Assembly (NCBI GenBank): GCA_051252135.1
Contig: JBPOGH010000010.1
Coordinates: 1-64,000, forward strand
Direction: 5' to 3'
Length of the DNA stretch: 64,000 nt
Origin: Verrucomicrobiaceae bacterium
GTDB lineage: Bacteria; Verrucomicrobiota; Verrucomicrobiia; Verrucomicrobiales; Akkermansiaceae
The notes under the pieces are model-generated. The model saw only the letters and a program-made list of their open reading frames with translations, ran no database searches and was not told the origin of the DNA. A program made the position numbers and the translations under genes. Within the stretch, counting starts at the first letter, position 1; every line of letters begins with the position of its first letter. Shown here in pieces: positions 50,388-62,282 of this stretch.

Positions 50388-51044
50388 TTACTTCAGCTCC
50401 TTAATTTTGATGTTCTTCCAGGCGGCGGTAAAGGGGCCTTTTTTACCGACGCCGTGGACCTGGAGGCCGATGTGGCCTTTGGCGTGGTCTTTGTAGATTT
50501 CGAGGTCGGAGAGATCGGAGATCAGGGTGCCGTTGATCCATGTTTTGATATTGGGGCCCTTGGCGACGATGCGGAAGTGGTTCCATTCGCCGTCTTTGAA
50601 GTGCTTGTGGGGGATGAGCTTTTCCTTGGGGGTGAGCCAGCCGCGGCCGGTGGCCTCGCCGTAGATGTATCCGGCTTCGGCTCCGTTCTTTCCGCTGGCT
50701 TCGGACTCGACCTGGGGTCCGTAGAGGCGTCCGCCGAAGGGGCCTTTTTCGGGATCGCGGAGGAGGGAGCGGATTTGGCAACCGGAGTTGAGGCTGTTGT
50801 GGACCTTGGTTTCGAATTGGAGTTCGAAGTCGCCGTATTGTTTGTCGGTGACGAGGAAGGTGTTGGGGCTGCCGGGGTTGGTGGTGCCGATGATGGTGCC
50901 GTCCTTGATCTCGTAGGTGGCGTTTCCGCTTTTGATGGACCAGCCGGTGAAGTCTTTTCCATTGAAGGGTTGGGTCCACTCGTCGGCGGAAGCGTTGAGA
51001 GTGAAGGCAGCAAGGAGGGCGGCGAGGGGAAATTTGATTCTCAT
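50388..51044 (-). CDS. DUF1080 (3-keto-disaccharide hydrolase family) protein
   Basis: FNGKDFTGW, YGDFEL, NSG.QIRS, GEWNH, GHIGLQVH. Confidence 0.9.
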   Translation of the reverse strand: MRIKFPLAALLAAFTLNASADEWTQPFNGKDFTGWSIKSGNATYEIKDGTIIGTTNPGSPNTFLVTDKQYGDFELQFETKVHNSLNSGCQIRSLLRDPEKGPFGGRLYGPQVESEASGKNGAEAGYIYGEATGRGWLTPKEKLIPHKHFKDGEWNHFRIVAKGPNIKTWINGTLISDLSDLEIYKDHAKGHIGLQVHGVGKKGPFTAAWKNIKIKELK

Positions 51045-51310
51045 ATTCGGTGGGGACGTTACGGCGATTGGCGTGGTGGTTCTTACAGGGGGTGATGGGG
51101 GAATGTCGGGAGGGAGGTGATTTGGCAGAGATATTTGGCGATCGGGACGAGGCGAGGCCTGTGAGGGGCTTGATGGGGAGGGCGGATGGTTTTGGATTCG
51201 GAGATGAGTGACGGGGAGGATCGATTGAGGCGGGAGTTGTGGTTTTGAAGGTGGTTCTTGCCGAGATTTAGGCTTTACCAAGAGGAAAGGGGGCCTAGCG
51301 TTGGCCGCGA

Positions 51311-51928
51311 ATGACCGCAGGCCCTCATCCCTACCAAGAGATTTCGCTGAGTTCGGCTGGAACCGTGTTGGGGCTGGCGTTGACGGTGCTCTACGGGGCG
51401 GCGCTCTTTAAGCCGCAGGCTGCCAAGAAGTGGGCGGTGAAGTTGCCGCGCAGCTATCAGGCGGGGGTTTATTCGATGTCGATCGGGATGATTTGGTTTT
51501 GGTTGTTGGTGGCTCCGAACTTGCGCGGGACGTTTTCGTTTTTGGGTGCGCTGAGCATGGACTTTGCGGACTTTTCGGCGATGAAGCCGTATCTTCAGAT
51601 TGCGGTGCCCCTGGCCTGTGTGGGGATGATCAATTATGTGCGCGAGTTTCTCTTTGTGCGTGGCTTTGGACTTTGCCTGCTGATGGCGGCGGCGCCTTTG
51701 CTTTATGCGGCTGATTTTGAGGAGGCTCCGCTGCGAATTTTGATTCCGATTATTGCGTATGGAATGATCATTAAAGGACTTTATTTTGTGGGGATGCCCT
51801 ATTTGTTCCGTGATGGCGCGGAGTGGCTGACTGCAAATGATACGCGCTTCAAGGCAGCCCTCACGTTCGGTCTGGCGATCGGCTTGGTTGTTTTGGGTTG
51901 TTCCTTCACGGTGTGGCGCGGTTACTAA
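51311..51928 (+). CDS. Conserved membrane protein
   Basis: About six TM segments; EFLFVRG..., PYLFRD. Confidence 0.75.
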   Translation: MTAGPHPYQEISLSSAGTVLGLALTVLYGAALFKPQAAKKWAVKLPRSYQAGVYSMSIGMIWFWLLVAPNLRGTFSFLGALSMDFADFSAMKPYLQIAVPLACVGMINYVREFLFVRGFGLCLLMAAAPLLYAADFEEAPLRILIPIIAYGMIIKGLYFVGMPYLFRDGAEWLTANDTRFKAALTFGLAIGLVVLGCSFTVWRGY

Positions 51929-51937
51929 TCGAATATT

Positions 51938-53614
51938 ATGGCACTTCCCTGGTATGTGATCGGGCACAAGAATCCGGATGCTGATGCAATCTGTGCGGCC
52001 GTGGGTCATGCGGCCTATCTGCGGGCGACGGGTGTGACGGAGGTGGAGGCTGCGCGATGTGGGGAGCTTCCTCCACGGGTAAAGGTCGTGCTGGAGCGGG
52101 CCGGTCTGGAGCCTCCGACATTGATTGATGATGTGCGCCCTACGGCGGGATCAATCTCCCGCAAGAGTGTGGTGGCGGTGCGGCAGGATGATACCTTTCT
52201 GATGGCTTACCGGTTGATGGTGGATCACAATGTGAGGTCGGTGCCGGTGCTGAACAATGGGGGGGAAGTGCGCGGGTTGTTGAGATTTTTGGATTTGCTG
52301 CAGTTGCTGCTGCCGCCGGCGACGGATGGGCGGGATGTGAAGTTGCTGCATGCGAGTCTGGAGAATATTGCGGCGACGCTGGGTGCGAATGACGAGTTCG
52401 GAGCAGAGCCACCGAGCCAGGAGGAGGATTTGATCATGATGGTGGGGGCATCGAGCCAGGATACGGTGAAGATGCGTCTGGAGGCGGCTTGTGAGGATGG
52501 GAATGTGCATCAGTATATGGTGATCTGCGGGGATCGTCCTTTGGTGCATGAGAAGGCGGTGAAGTATGGGGTGAGGGCGTTGTTGGTGACCGGTGGATAT
52601 GAGCCTGATCCGGGTTTGGCGGAGCGTGCGAAGGAGGCGGGGATGGTGATTCTGTGCAGTCCGCATGATACGGCGACGACGGTGAAGCTGGCGCTGTGTG
52701 CGCGGAAGGTGCGTAACATTTTGAAGGACGATTTCATTTCGCTTCCTGCGAATCAGGTGGTGGAGCGTTTTGCGAAGCAGGTGGCCCAGGCCTCACAGGA
52801 TTTGTTTCCGGTGGTGGAGCCGGGGACGCGTCGGCTGATGGGTGTGTTTTCGAAGTCCGATCTGGTGGATCCGCCACGGGTGCGGCTTTCGCTGGTGGAT
52901 CACAATGAGTTCTCGCAGGCGGTGAGAGGGGTGGAGGATGCGCAGGTGGTTGAGATTTTGGACCATCACCGGTTGTCGGGAGATTTGACGACGCGAGACC
53001 CGGTAAGGTTTATCAATGAGCCGGTGGGGAGTTCGTCGACGATTGTGGCCCGGCGTTTTCGGGAGGCGGGAAAGGAGCCTGACGGGCCGACGGCGCTGCT
53101 TCTGTGTGCGGGCCTGGTGTCCGATACGCTGAACCTGACGTCACCGACGACGACGGAGGTTGATCGGGAGATGTTGTTGTGGTTGGCGCGTCTTGCGGAC
53201 GTGGATGCGGATCAGTTTGCGGAGGACTTTTTTGCTTCGGGGTCCCTATTGCTTCACGCGGATGCGGCGGCGATTGTGGGGACGGACCGGAAAGAGTTTT
53301 CGGAGGACGGGGTGTTGATCAGTCTGGCGCAGGTTGAGGAGACGAGCTTCAAGGGGTTGGCGGAGCGTCAGCAGGAGTTGGTGGATGAGCTGGAAAGATT
53401 GCGCAACGAGAATCAATATGGCCTATGTGCCCTGCTGGTGACGGATATTCGTCGCCACGACAGTGTGCTTTTGGCGGTGGGGCGGGAGGCTATTTTGGAG
53501 AAGCTTCCGTTCGAGCGGATTTCGACGACGGAATTTTCAGCGCCCTCGGTGGTGTCACGGAAGAAGCAGCTTTTTCCGGCGGTGTGTGAGGCGGTGCGGC
53601 GTGCGGAAGCTTAG
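51938..53614 (+). CDS. ppaC: Mn-dependent inorganic pyrophosphatase with CBS/DRTGG insert
   Basis: GHKNPDADAI, LVDHNE, ILDHHR, SDT, VVSRKKQ. Confidence 0.92.
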   Translation: MALPWYVIGHKNPDADAICAAVGHAAYLRATGVTEVEAARCGELPPRVKVVLERAGLEPPTLIDDVRPTAGSISRKSVVAVRQDDTFLMAYRLMVDHNVRSVPVLNNGGEVRGLLRFLDLLQLLLPPATDGRDVKLLHASLENIAATLGANDEFGAEPPSQEEDLIMMVGASSQDTVKMRLEAACEDGNVHQYMVICGDRPLVHEKAVKYGVRALLVTGGYEPDPGLAERAKEAGMVILCSPHDTATTVKLALCARKVRNILKDDFISLPANQVVERFAKQVAQASQDLFPVVEPGTRRLMGVFSKSDLVDPPRVRLSLVDHNEFSQAVRGVEDAQVVEILDHHRLSGDLTTRDPVRFINEPVGSSSTIVARRFREAGKEPDGPTALLLCAGLVSDTLNLTSPTTTEVDREMLLWLARLADVDADQFAEDFFASGSLLLHADAAAIVGTDRKEFSEDGVLISLAQVEETSFKGLAERQQELVDELERLRNENQYGLCALLVTDIRRHDSVLLAVGREAILEKLPFERISTTEFSAPSVVSRKKQLFPAVCEAVRRAEA

Positions 53615-53992
53615 AGGCCGTCTGAAAAATGCCCAACGAGTGTTCTCATTTTGGGGTCTTGAAGGAAATGTAGCTTCGCTGAGGAGGAAGAAGGTGAACC
53701 CTGACGGGCTGCGAGTCCTTTCACTTCAAGCGGCGTTGGTTGCTGCTCCCCGCCGGGAGCACCCTTCGGGCTGGCTGCGCCACGTTGTTTGCCTAAAGGC
53801 TATCTCCATTTCATTACGGTTCGCTCCGCTCGGCTCTCAGTCGTTGGTGTTTGCCAACTTTGCTCTCGCCTCCCGGCTCACCCCTGCGGGCTGCACTGCG
53901 AGCAGGCTATGTCCTTCCAGTCCATTATCGTCCCGCCTTGCTTGAGGAGAAATTCCTTCGCAGCACTCATTCGTCATTTTTCAGGCAGCCTC
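53614..53992. mobile_element. MITE-like non-autonomous element (about 380 bp)
   Basis: Terminal inverted repeats GAGGCCGTCTGAAAAATG / GAGGCTGCCTGAAAAATG, flanked by a TTA (or CTTAG) direct repeat; no transposase. Confidence 0.75.
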
Positions 53993-54808
53993 TTAGGTCG
54001 TGGCAAATTCCTTGGCGGCGTCGAGGAAGGAGGGGTAGTCGGGTTGCCAGCCGAGGGAGGTGAGTTTGTGGTTGAGGACTTGTTTGTGGGTCCAGGCGCG
54101 TTTGCGGGAGGTGTTTTTTTCTCCGGAGGGTGGGAGTGGTTTTGAGAGGAGGTCGGCGAGGCCCCGGTAGGTTTCGAGTTGGCTCATGGGGTGGTTGTCG
54201 GCGACGTTGAAAATGCCGGGGGCTTTTTTACGGGAGAGGAAGAGGCAGGCGCTGGCGGCATCCCGGACGTGAATTTGGTTGAGGATGCGGCTGCCGTCTT
54301 CTTCGATGATTGCTTCGCCGGAGCGGAATTTGCGCCAGACGACGGAGCGATCCGGTCCGTAGAGGCCGGCGAGGCGGGCGACGGTGCCGCCGCCATTGAT
54401 GACGATTTTTTCTGCTTCGAGAAGGAGTTGGCTGGTCTCGCGCTCAGGGGAGGTGGGTGATGATTCGTCGACCGGCTCACCGTTGGTCTGGTGGTAGACG
54501 GAGGAGCTGGAGGTGAAGAGGAGGTGGCTTTTGGGGAAGTGGTCAAGGAGGGAGCGGCAGCCACGCACGAAGACGCCACGGTAGGCGTCAGGGCCGCCAC
54601 GGCCGGAGGAGGCGCAGTGGATGACGATATCGGGGGCGGGGAAGAGGGAGGCGACCCGGGCGACGGAGGCGTCATCGGATAGGTCGCAGGCGAGGGAGCC
54701 ATGTCCTCCGGATTTGGTGAGGGTGCGGACGTTGAATTCGGGGTCGGCGAGGCGGGCGATCTCGCAGCCGAGGTAGCCGGCACCGGCGATGAGGAGGGTG
54801 GGTTGCAT
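53993..54808 (-). CDS. NAD-dependent epimerase/SDR-family protein
   Basis: IAGAGYLG, FTSSSSVY, RLAGLYGP.R, N.IHVRDAA. Confidence 0.88.
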   Translation of the reverse strand: MQPTLLIAGAGYLGCEIARLADPEFNVRTLTKSGGHGSLACDLSDDASVARVASLFPAPDIVIHCASSGRGGPDAYRGVFVRGCRSLLDHFPKSHLLFTSSSSVYHQTNGEPVDESSPTSPERETSQLLLEAEKIVINGGGTVARLAGLYGPDRSVVWRKFRSGEAIIEEDGSRILNQIHVRDAASACLFLSRKKAPGIFNVADNHPMSQLETYRGLADLLSKPLPPSGEKNTSRKRAWTHKQVLNHKLTSLGWQPDYPSFLDAAKEFATT

Positions 54809-54897
54809 GGGAGAGAGTTTAGGGTGGATTTGAGGGGGGGCAACTGTTGGTGATGTGGAAGCTGGACGGAGGGTGGTGGGAGGTTCAGGGTGGTGGG

Positions 54898-55842
54898 ATG
54901 AAGATGTTGAGTTTGGGGTTTGGGGTGTTGTGTCTTGGGGTGTCTGTTCTTTCGGCGAAGACGGTGCGGGTTTTTATCCTGGCAGGTCAATCGAACATGG
55001 AAGGGAAGGCGAAGACGAGCTTGCTGGAGTATCAGGCGGGGGCGGAGAACACGAAGGGTCACTATGCGCACTGGCGCGATGAAAATGAGTGGGTGAAGCG
55101 GGATGATGTTTGGATTAAGTTTCTGGGGCGGAGCGGTCCGTTGACGGTGGGATTTGGTTCACCGGGAAAGACAGGGCCTGAGTTGGAATTTGGTTATGTG
55201 GTGGGAGAGTTTTTTGATGACGAGGTGTTGCTGGTGAAGGCGGCGTGGGGTGGGCATTCCCTTTCGCACAATTTTCGCCCGCCGAGTTCGGGTGATCCGG
55301 GTGATGGGCAGGAATTTGGGGCGTCCTATGAGAATGTGTTGAAGGAATTTCGTGAGGCGACAGCGGAATCACAGGAGATTTTTCCTTCGTTGAAAGGAGC
55401 TACGTTTGAGTTGACGGGGTTCTTTTGGTTTCAGGGATTCAATGATCAGTTCAACGATTCGCCGAAACAGTATGAGGTGAATATGAGAAATTTCATCAAG
55501 GATGTGAGGCGGGATTTGAAGAAGCCGAAATTGCCATTTGTGATCGCGTGTTTGGGGACCAATGCCTCGAAGGAGCCGGGCGAAAAAACGAAGATGGTTC
55601 AGGATGCGCAGTTGGCGATGGCCAAGGTGCCGGAGTTTCGTGGAACGGTGGCGGCTTTTCGCACGGATGTGCTGGTGGACAAGGCGGCTGACGCGCTGTT
55701 CCCAAGCTGGAAGGAGAACTTGGATGAGTGGAATAAGACGGGCTCGGACCGGCCCTATCATTATTATGGAAGTGGGATTTGGTATGGTCGGATCGGGCGG
55801 CAGGCGGGGGAGGAGATGATCAAGTTGTTGAGGAAAGATTAA
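54898..55842 (+). CDS. Sialate O-acetylesterase (SASA/DUF303) family
   Basis: VFILAGQSNMEG, GPELEFG, WFQGFND, YHY. Confidence 0.85.
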   Translation: MKMLSLGFGVLCLGVSVLSAKTVRVFILAGQSNMEGKAKTSLLEYQAGAENTKGHYAHWRDENEWVKRDDVWIKFLGRSGPLTVGFGSPGKTGPELEFGYVVGEFFDDEVLLVKAAWGGHSLSHNFRPPSSGDPGDGQEFGASYENVLKEFREATAESQEIFPSLKGATFELTGFFWFQGFNDQFNDSPKQYEVNMRNFIKDVRRDLKKPKLPFVIACLGTNASKEPGEKTKMVQDAQLAMAKVPEFRGTVAAFRTDVLVDKAADALFPSWKENLDEWNKTGSDRPYHYYGSGIWYGRIGRQAGEEMIKLLRKD

Positions 55843-57029
55843 TTGGCGAAGTAGGATTCCACTCCTTCCGCTACGGCATGGGCGTACTCGCGATAGATGG
55901 AGCGGCGGGGTTTTCCGTCGACCATGCGGAAGCCCTCGTAGTCGCCCGCCTCGTGGCGGATGATGAAGTCGGGGCTGTTCATGATGTAGGGCTCGAGAAA
56001 GACGACGGGGCATTGGTAGAGCCGGTTGGCGAGGAGGTTGCGGGCCCAGACATATTCGCTCAGACGGGTTGAGAAAGGGTGATCGGGCCGGTATTCGTAT
56101 GCGGGGAGCGCGGTGGCGGCAACGAAGGATTCAGCGATGTGTTTTGCAAGAGGGAGTTCGGTCTCGATGGTGCGTGAGAGGAGGCGACGGAGCATGTCGA
56201 AGCGTTCGTCGAGATGTTTTAATTCGCTTTCGTGGTAGGTGCCGTTGACGAGAATGTGAAAATTTTGTCCGGGGAGGGGGACGGGCGAGCCGGAGGCGTT
56301 GTAATGAAGACAAAGAACGAGATCGGGTTGGATGACGTCATTTACTTTGTCTGCGCGGGCGCGGATCTCGGAAGTGCGGTAGAAGAGCTTCTCGGCGGTC
56401 TTGCGGTCGAGGTTTTTGAAGTCCGAAGGGCGTTCGGAGGTGATGGGTTCGTTGGTGTTGCGCACAAGCGAAACGAGGGCGCCTTTTTGCCGAAGCAGAG
56501 TGGCGAGATGCTGGGCTGCAAGCAAGGTCATGGAGCCTTCCCGGATGGGGGAGTGGTCTCCGTATTGAAGGTGTCGTTCTTCGACCACAGCATAGTCGCC
56601 GCCGATGTGTCCGGGGTCGATGGCGACGTGAAGCCCTTCGAGTTGTTGAGATTTTTTCCAGTAAACCGAAGGCCGGGGGAGCTGTTGATCTTTCGGGGCG
56701 AACCGGAGGGTGAATGGCTCGGCGCCGGTTTTGATGACGGCGTGGTTATCACGGACGCTGATCCATTGATCCCAACCTTCTCCTTTGGTGTAAACCGAGG
56801 TGAGGCGTTCGAGGAAGAGTTCGCGGGAAATGGTTTCCTGAAAGGGTTCGAGAAGGCTCCAGTCGGGGGTTGATCCAAGTGGGGCAAGGGGAGGTTTGGC
56901 GAGTTCGGTCCGCGAGGGTGGAGTGGGTAACGGTCCGGGTTTTAGAGTGAAATAGAGTCCGGCGACTCCAATGAGAGCGAGCGGAAGAAGGAGGAGGTGA
57001 AATGGCGTTGTTCCTTTCCTCTTACTCAT
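55839..57029 (-). CDS. N-acetylmuramoyl-L-alanine amidase-like protein
   Basis: AIDPGHIGG, E, CLHYNA, FLEP zinc-amidase pattern; N-terminal TM. Confidence 0.7.
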   Translation of the reverse strand: MSKRKGTTPFHLLLLPLALIGVAGLYFTLKPGPLPTPPSRTELAKPPLAPLGSTPDWSLLEPFQETISRELFLERLTSVYTKGEGWDQWISVRDNHAVIKTGAEPFTLRFAPKDQQLPRPSVYWKKSQQLEGLHVAIDPGHIGGDYAVVEERHLQYGDHSPIREGSMTLLAAQHLATLLRQKGALVSLVRNTNEPITSERPSDFKNLDRKTAEKLFYRTSEIRARADKVNDVIQPDLVLCLHYNASGSPVPLPGQNFHILVNGTYHESELKHLDERFDMLRRLLSRTIETELPLAKHIAESFVAATALPAYEYRPDHPFSTRLSEYVWARNLLANRLYQCPVVFLEPYIMNSPDFIIRHEAGDYEGFRMVDGKPRRSIYREYAHAVAEGVESYFAN

Positions 57030-57084
57030 GTTCTAATCAAGGAGCGTCACGGAGTGTGGTGCAATTTCAAAAAGTAACAGAGTG

Positions 57085-57900
57085 ATGAGAGTTTTATTTC
57101 TAGGGGATGTGGTGGGTTCACCGGGGCGGAATGCGGTGATTGAGAATTTAGCCCGGATCAAAGCGGAGAACGAGGTCGATTTTATCATCATTAATGGCGA
57201 GAATTCGGCGGGGGGACGGGGGATCACTCCAAAAATTGCGATTGATCTGCTGCGGGCCGGCGCGGCGGTGATCACGACGGGGGATCACGTGTGGGACCAA
57301 CGGGAGATTCAGGATTATTTTCCGACCGAGCCGCGGCTTTTGAGGCCAATCAATTTTCAGAACGAGGCCCCGGGGAAGGGATCGGTGGTGCTGGAGACCG
57401 CCAAGGGAAAAATTGCGGTGCTCAATGCAATGGGACGGACTTTTATGAATCCCCCATTGGAAAATCCGCTTACCTTGATTGAGGCTGAGGTGGCGCGCCT
57501 CCGCAATGAAGAAGGGGTGAAAATGCTCATTCTTGATTTTCATGCTGAAGCGACGAGTGATAAAATTGCGATGGGCCGGGCGCTTGATGGGACGGTTTCG
57601 TTGGTGGTTGGGACTCACACCCATGTGCAGACGGCGGATGAGTCGATTTTTCCCGGTGGGACGGCCTATTTGACGGACGCAGGGATGTGCGGGCCTGATT
57701 TCTCGGTTCTCGGACGCGAGGTGGCATCGGTAGTTTGGCGTTTCCGGACGGGGCTTCCGACACGCTTTCCGGTGGCAAAGGGGCCGGTTCGACTTTGTGG
57801 AGTGATCGTCGATTTGGATGAATCGACCGGTCATGCGGAGAAAATCGAACGATTTTCCGAGTTGATCGACGAAAAAGAAGAGGGATCGGCGCCGGAATAG
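57085..57900 (+). CDS. YmdB/TIGR00282 metallophosphoesterase
   Basis: GDVVGSPG, NGEN, DFHAEATS, GTHTHVQTAD. Confidence 0.93.
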   Translation: MRVLFLGDVVGSPGRNAVIENLARIKAENEVDFIIINGENSAGGRGITPKIAIDLLRAGAAVITTGDHVWDQREIQDYFPTEPRLLRPINFQNEAPGKGSVVLETAKGKIAVLNAMGRTFMNPPLENPLTLIEAEVARLRNEEGVKMLILDFHAEATSDKIAMGRALDGTVSLVVGTHTHVQTADESIFPGGTAYLTDAGMCGPDFSVLGREVASVVWRFRTGLPTRFPVAKGPVRLCGVIVDLDESTGHAEKIERFSELIDEKEEGSAPE

Positions 57901-57961
57901 GGCCGGAAAACCCCCATTTTAAGCGGATTTGCGATAAACTTCCATTCAAGTGAAAATACTT

Positions 57962-57989
57962 TTGACAGAGTGATCGACTTTGCTAGCTT
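57962..57989 (+). promoter_or_regulatory. Putative promoter of the tRNA-Thr/tuf operon
   Basis: TTGACA-16 nt-TAGCTT with a TG extension. Confidence 0.5.
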
Positions 57990-58093
57990 CCCGCTCGCTC
58001 GTGGCAGCGGGGAGGGGGTTAGCGAAAATCTGAAATTCAGGCTTCCGCGCACCCTTAAATCAACGCCATGAGCATCGCAAATCAACTGGAACT

Positions 58094-58168
<75 letters not shown>

Positions 58169-58225
58169 GATGACTTTGTAAGATGACTAAAACAGCTAAG
58201 AAACCAGCTACAACTATCCAAAAAA

Positions 58226-59410
<1,185 letters not shown>

Positions 59411-59534
59411 TTACTCAAACCCCGGGACGAACTTCGGAAATATCTGAACGAATCCCGTTGGCTGGTTTCAAATAGGGGCACCCTTAGCGGGGTGCCCCTC
59501 AGTCGCCTCCAAAAACAAACATCTAAAAAGTAAA

Positions 59535-59610
59535 AGGACAGTAGCTCAATTGGTAGAGCATCGGTTTCCAAAACCGAGGGTTGTAGGTTCGAGTCCTATC
59601 TGTCCTGCCA
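59535..59610 (+). tRNA. tRNA-Trp (CCA)
   Basis: TCGGT-TTCCAAA-ACCGA; GGTTCGAGTCC; CCA. Confidence 0.97.
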
Positions 59611-59629
59611 CTTTCCCTTTTTAAAAAAT

Positions 59630-59857
59630 ATGTTCCAGAAACTCTTTAAATTCATTGGCGAGGTCAAAGCCGAGCTTCGCAAGGCCTCGTGGCCATGGGA
59701 TCCCGATCCCAAGGTAAAAGGCTTCAAAAAGTATAAAGAGCTGACCGACTCAACAGTCGTGGTGTTGATCGCGATTATTCTTCTGGCGGCATACGTCGCA
59801 CTTTGGGATCTCGTAAACACCAAAGTTGTTACCTTCCTTGGCGGGTTGGCCCAGTAG
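59630..59857 (+). CDS. secE: Preprotein translocase SecE
   Basis: EVKAELRKASWP, single TM, synteny. Confidence 0.93.
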   Translation: MFQKLFKFIGEVKAELRKASWPWDPDPKVKGFKKYKELTDSTVVVLIAIILLAAYVALWDLVNTKVVTFLGGLAQ

Positions 59858-59904
59858 GGACCCGTCTCAATTTTTCTATTTTTCCAAGCACCCGATATTA
59901 TCCC

Positions 59905-60474
59905 ATGCCCACAATTCCCGATCCCAAGAATCAATGGTACGTCGTACACGTTCTCTCCGGCCAGGAGCAGAAGGTAAAGAACCGCATTGACCGCCTTGTG
60001 GAGCAAGAGGAGATGGGCGATAAGATCTTTGAGGTGCTCGTGCCCACTGAATTGGTATCCGAAGTCCGCGGTGGCAAGAAGACCGAGAGTAAGAAGAAGT
60101 TCTTCCCCGGCTATGTGATCGTAAACATGCATCTTCTCACCCCGGCCAACGAGGTAGTCGAGGAGACGTGGTCATTCATGCAAGAGCTCGACGGCTCCAT
60201 TGGCTTTGCCGGAACCAAAAATATGCCCATTCCGATGCGTCAGCGAGAAGTTGACAGTATGCTCGGTCAGATTGAGGAGCGCGAAGGCGCGGTTCGTCCA
60301 TCAATCGAGTTTGAAGTGGGTGACACGGTGAAAGTGTCCGATGGTCCCTTCGAAAGCCAGAGCGGCATCGTCGAGGAAATCGACCCCGAGCGCGGCAAGC
60401 TTCGCGTGGCGGTTACCATTTTTGGACGGTCCACCCCGGTCGAGCTCGAATACTGGCAGGTCGAGAAAGGCTAA
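59905..60474 (+). CDS. nusG: Transcription factor NusG
   Basis: WYVVH..SG.E, FPGYV, DGPF, IFGRSTPVEL. Confidence 0.98.
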   Translation: MPTIPDPKNQWYVVHVLSGQEQKVKNRIDRLVEQEEMGDKIFEVLVPTELVSEVRGGKKTESKKKFFPGYVIVNMHLLTPANEVVEETWSFMQELDGSIGFAGTKNMPIPMRQREVDSMLGQIEEREGAVRPSIEFEVGDTVKVSDGPFESQSGIVEEIDPERGKLRVAVTIFGRSTPVELEYWQVEKG

Positions 60475-60557
60475 GCAAGTACTTGACTTTTCCCCAAACA
60501 ATCATCCACACCACTCTTCGCCGCCCGCGGCGCAACACCCACCACCAAACCTGAATC

Positions 60558-60983
60558 ATGGCCAAGGAAGTAAAATCCGTTCTCAAACTGCAAATTCAAG
60601 CCGGTCAAGCCAATCCGTCTCCTCCCGTGGGTCCTGCCCTCGGTCAGGCCGGCGTAAACATCATGGGCTTCTGTAAGGAATTCAACGCTGCGACCCAACA
60701 GTCCGCAGGTGACCTCCTTCCCACTGTGATCACCGTCTATAAGGACGCGAGCTTCACTTTTGTAACCAAGCAACCACCCGCAGCGGTGCTGCTTAAGAAG
60801 GCCGCTGGTCTTGCTTCCGGATCCGGTGAGCCCAACAAGGTGAAGGTGGGCACGCTTTCCAAGGCCAAGCTGATGGAAGTGGTTGACCGCAAGATTGTCG
60901 ACTTGAACACCAACGATCCCGAGCAAGCTGCAAAGATTCTCGCTGGCACCGCCATGCAGATGGGTCTTGAGATTGAAGAATAA
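60558..60983 (+). CDS. rplK: 50S ribosomal protein L11
   Basis: [13 protein letters not shown]. Confidence 0.99.
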   Translation: MAKEVKSVLKLQIQAGQANPSPPVGPALGQAGVNIMGFCKEFNAATQQSAGDLLPTVITVYKDASFTFVTKQPPAAVLLKKAAGLASGSGEPNKVKVGTLSKAKLMEVVDRKIVDLNTNDPEQAAKILAGTAMQMGLEIEE

Positions 60984-61017
60984 TTTCAACTCTCCCTTCG
61001 GGGAGAGAGAACAAAAC

Positions 61018-61055
61018 AGCAGGAGGACAGTCGAGAGACCGCCCGATTGCACTGC
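61018..61055 (+). promoter_or_regulatory. Putative L1-binding autoregulatory RNA upstream of rplA
   Basis: GCAG-GAGG...hairpin GTC-GAGA-GAC...ACTGC, resembling rplA-leader stems. Confidence 0.45.
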
Positions 61056-61064
61056 ACAAAAAAA

Positions 61065-61766
61065 ATGAGTAGCAAAAGAAGTAAAAGATACGAGCAGGCT
61101 GCCGCCCTCGTCGAAGTAGGGAAGACCTACTCCCTCGATGAAACGGTAGAATTGCTGAAGAAGTTTCCCGCTCCCAAGTTTGACGCCACCGTGACTGTTT
61201 CTGCCCACCTTGGCGTTGATCCACGTAAGAGCGATCAAATGGTTCGCGGTAGCGTTCCTCTCCCGCACGGAACCGGTAAGAAGGTCAAAGTGATCGTCTT
61301 TGCCACCGGTGATGCTGCCAAGGCCGCAGAAGAGGCAGGTGCCGACGAGGTCGGATTTGAGGATCTTATTAAGAAGGTTCAAGGTGGTTACACCGATTTC
61401 GACGCAGCTATTGCTACTCCGGACGCAATGACCGAAGTGCGCAAGGTGGCCCGTGTTCTTGGACCACGCGGTCTCATGCCCAACCCTAAGACCGGTACAG
61501 TAACCGATGATACCGCCAAAGCAGTCAACGCTGTGAAGGCCGGTCGTATTGATTACAAGGTCGACAAGAGCAGCAACATCGCTGCGGCAGTAGGGAAGCT
61601 TTCCTTCACCCCCGATCAGATCAAAGAGAACGTCTCTTCCCTTGTGGAAAGCATCGTTAAGGCCAAGCCTGCATCTGCCAAGGGTATTTACATCAACAGT
61701 GTTACAGTGACAGCTTCCATGCTTCCCGGTATCGCTCTCGACCCCGCCATTTACACCACCAAGTAG
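61065..61766 (+). CDS. rplA: 50S ribosomal protein L1
   Basis: [28 protein letters not shown]. Confidence 0.99.
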   Translation: MSSKRSKRYEQAAALVEVGKTYSLDETVELLKKFPAPKFDATVTVSAHLGVDPRKSDQMVRGSVPLPHGTGKKVKVIVFATGDAAKAAEEAGADEVGFEDLIKKVQGGYTDFDAAIATPDAMTEVRKVARVLGPRGLMPNPKTGTVTDDTAKAVNAVKAGRIDYKVDKSSNIAAAVGKLSFTPDQIKENVSSLVESIVKAKPASAKGIYINSVTVTASMLPGIALDPAIYTTK

Positions 61767-61775
61767 ATTACGACC

Positions 61776-62282
61776 ATGAACCCTGATAAGAAATATATTC
61801 TCGATGAGATCAAGGAGCGTGTAGACGCATCTCCTTTTGTTCTCGTGGTCGATTACACCGGAACCACAGTTCCAGAGTTTGACGAGCTTCGGACCCGTCT
61901 TGCTGAGAACGGAGCTGAATGCCACGTGGCCAAAAACTCCTTCATGAAGCGTGTTCTTGCCGACTCGGGTCTCCCTGATTTGGGTGACTCTCTTGCCGGT
62001 CAGACTGCATTTGTCACCGGAGACTCCGATGTTTGCGCGGTCGCCAAGGTGATGGCCAACTTCGAAAAGGAATTTAAGAAGCCCGAGATTCGCGCCGGCA
62101 TCCTGGATGGCGACGTGCTCACAGTCGATCAGGTGAAGGCTCTCGCAGCACTGCCAGCTCGTGAAGTGCTTCTTGCCCAGCTTCTCTCGACGATCAACGC
62201 TCCAGCCTCACAGCTGGTTCGCACCATCAACGAGCCCGGAGCATCGCTCGCTCGCGTCATCAAGGCGAAATTCGACTCCTAA
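61776..62282 (+). CDS. rplJ: 50S ribosomal protein L10
   Basis: VDY.G.TV...LR, KN, LP.RE.LLAQL; synteny. Confidence 0.96.
   Translation: MNPDKKYILDEIKERVDASPFVLVVDYTGTTVPEFDELRTRLAENGAECHVAKNSFMKRVLADSGLPDLGDSLAGQTAFVTGDSDVCAVAKVMANFEKEFKKPEIRAGILDGDVLTVDQVKALAALPAREVLLAQLLSTINAPASQLVRTINEPGASLARVIKAKFDS

Noticed and set aside
53463..54145. Short ORFs across the MITE as a transposase
   Set aside because: No DDE or HTH features; they overlap real flanking genes.
59411..59534. rpmG or an ncRNA between tuf and tRNA-Trp
   Set aside because: Too short for L33; only a simple hairpin (AGGGGCACCC...GGGTGCCCCT) is evident.
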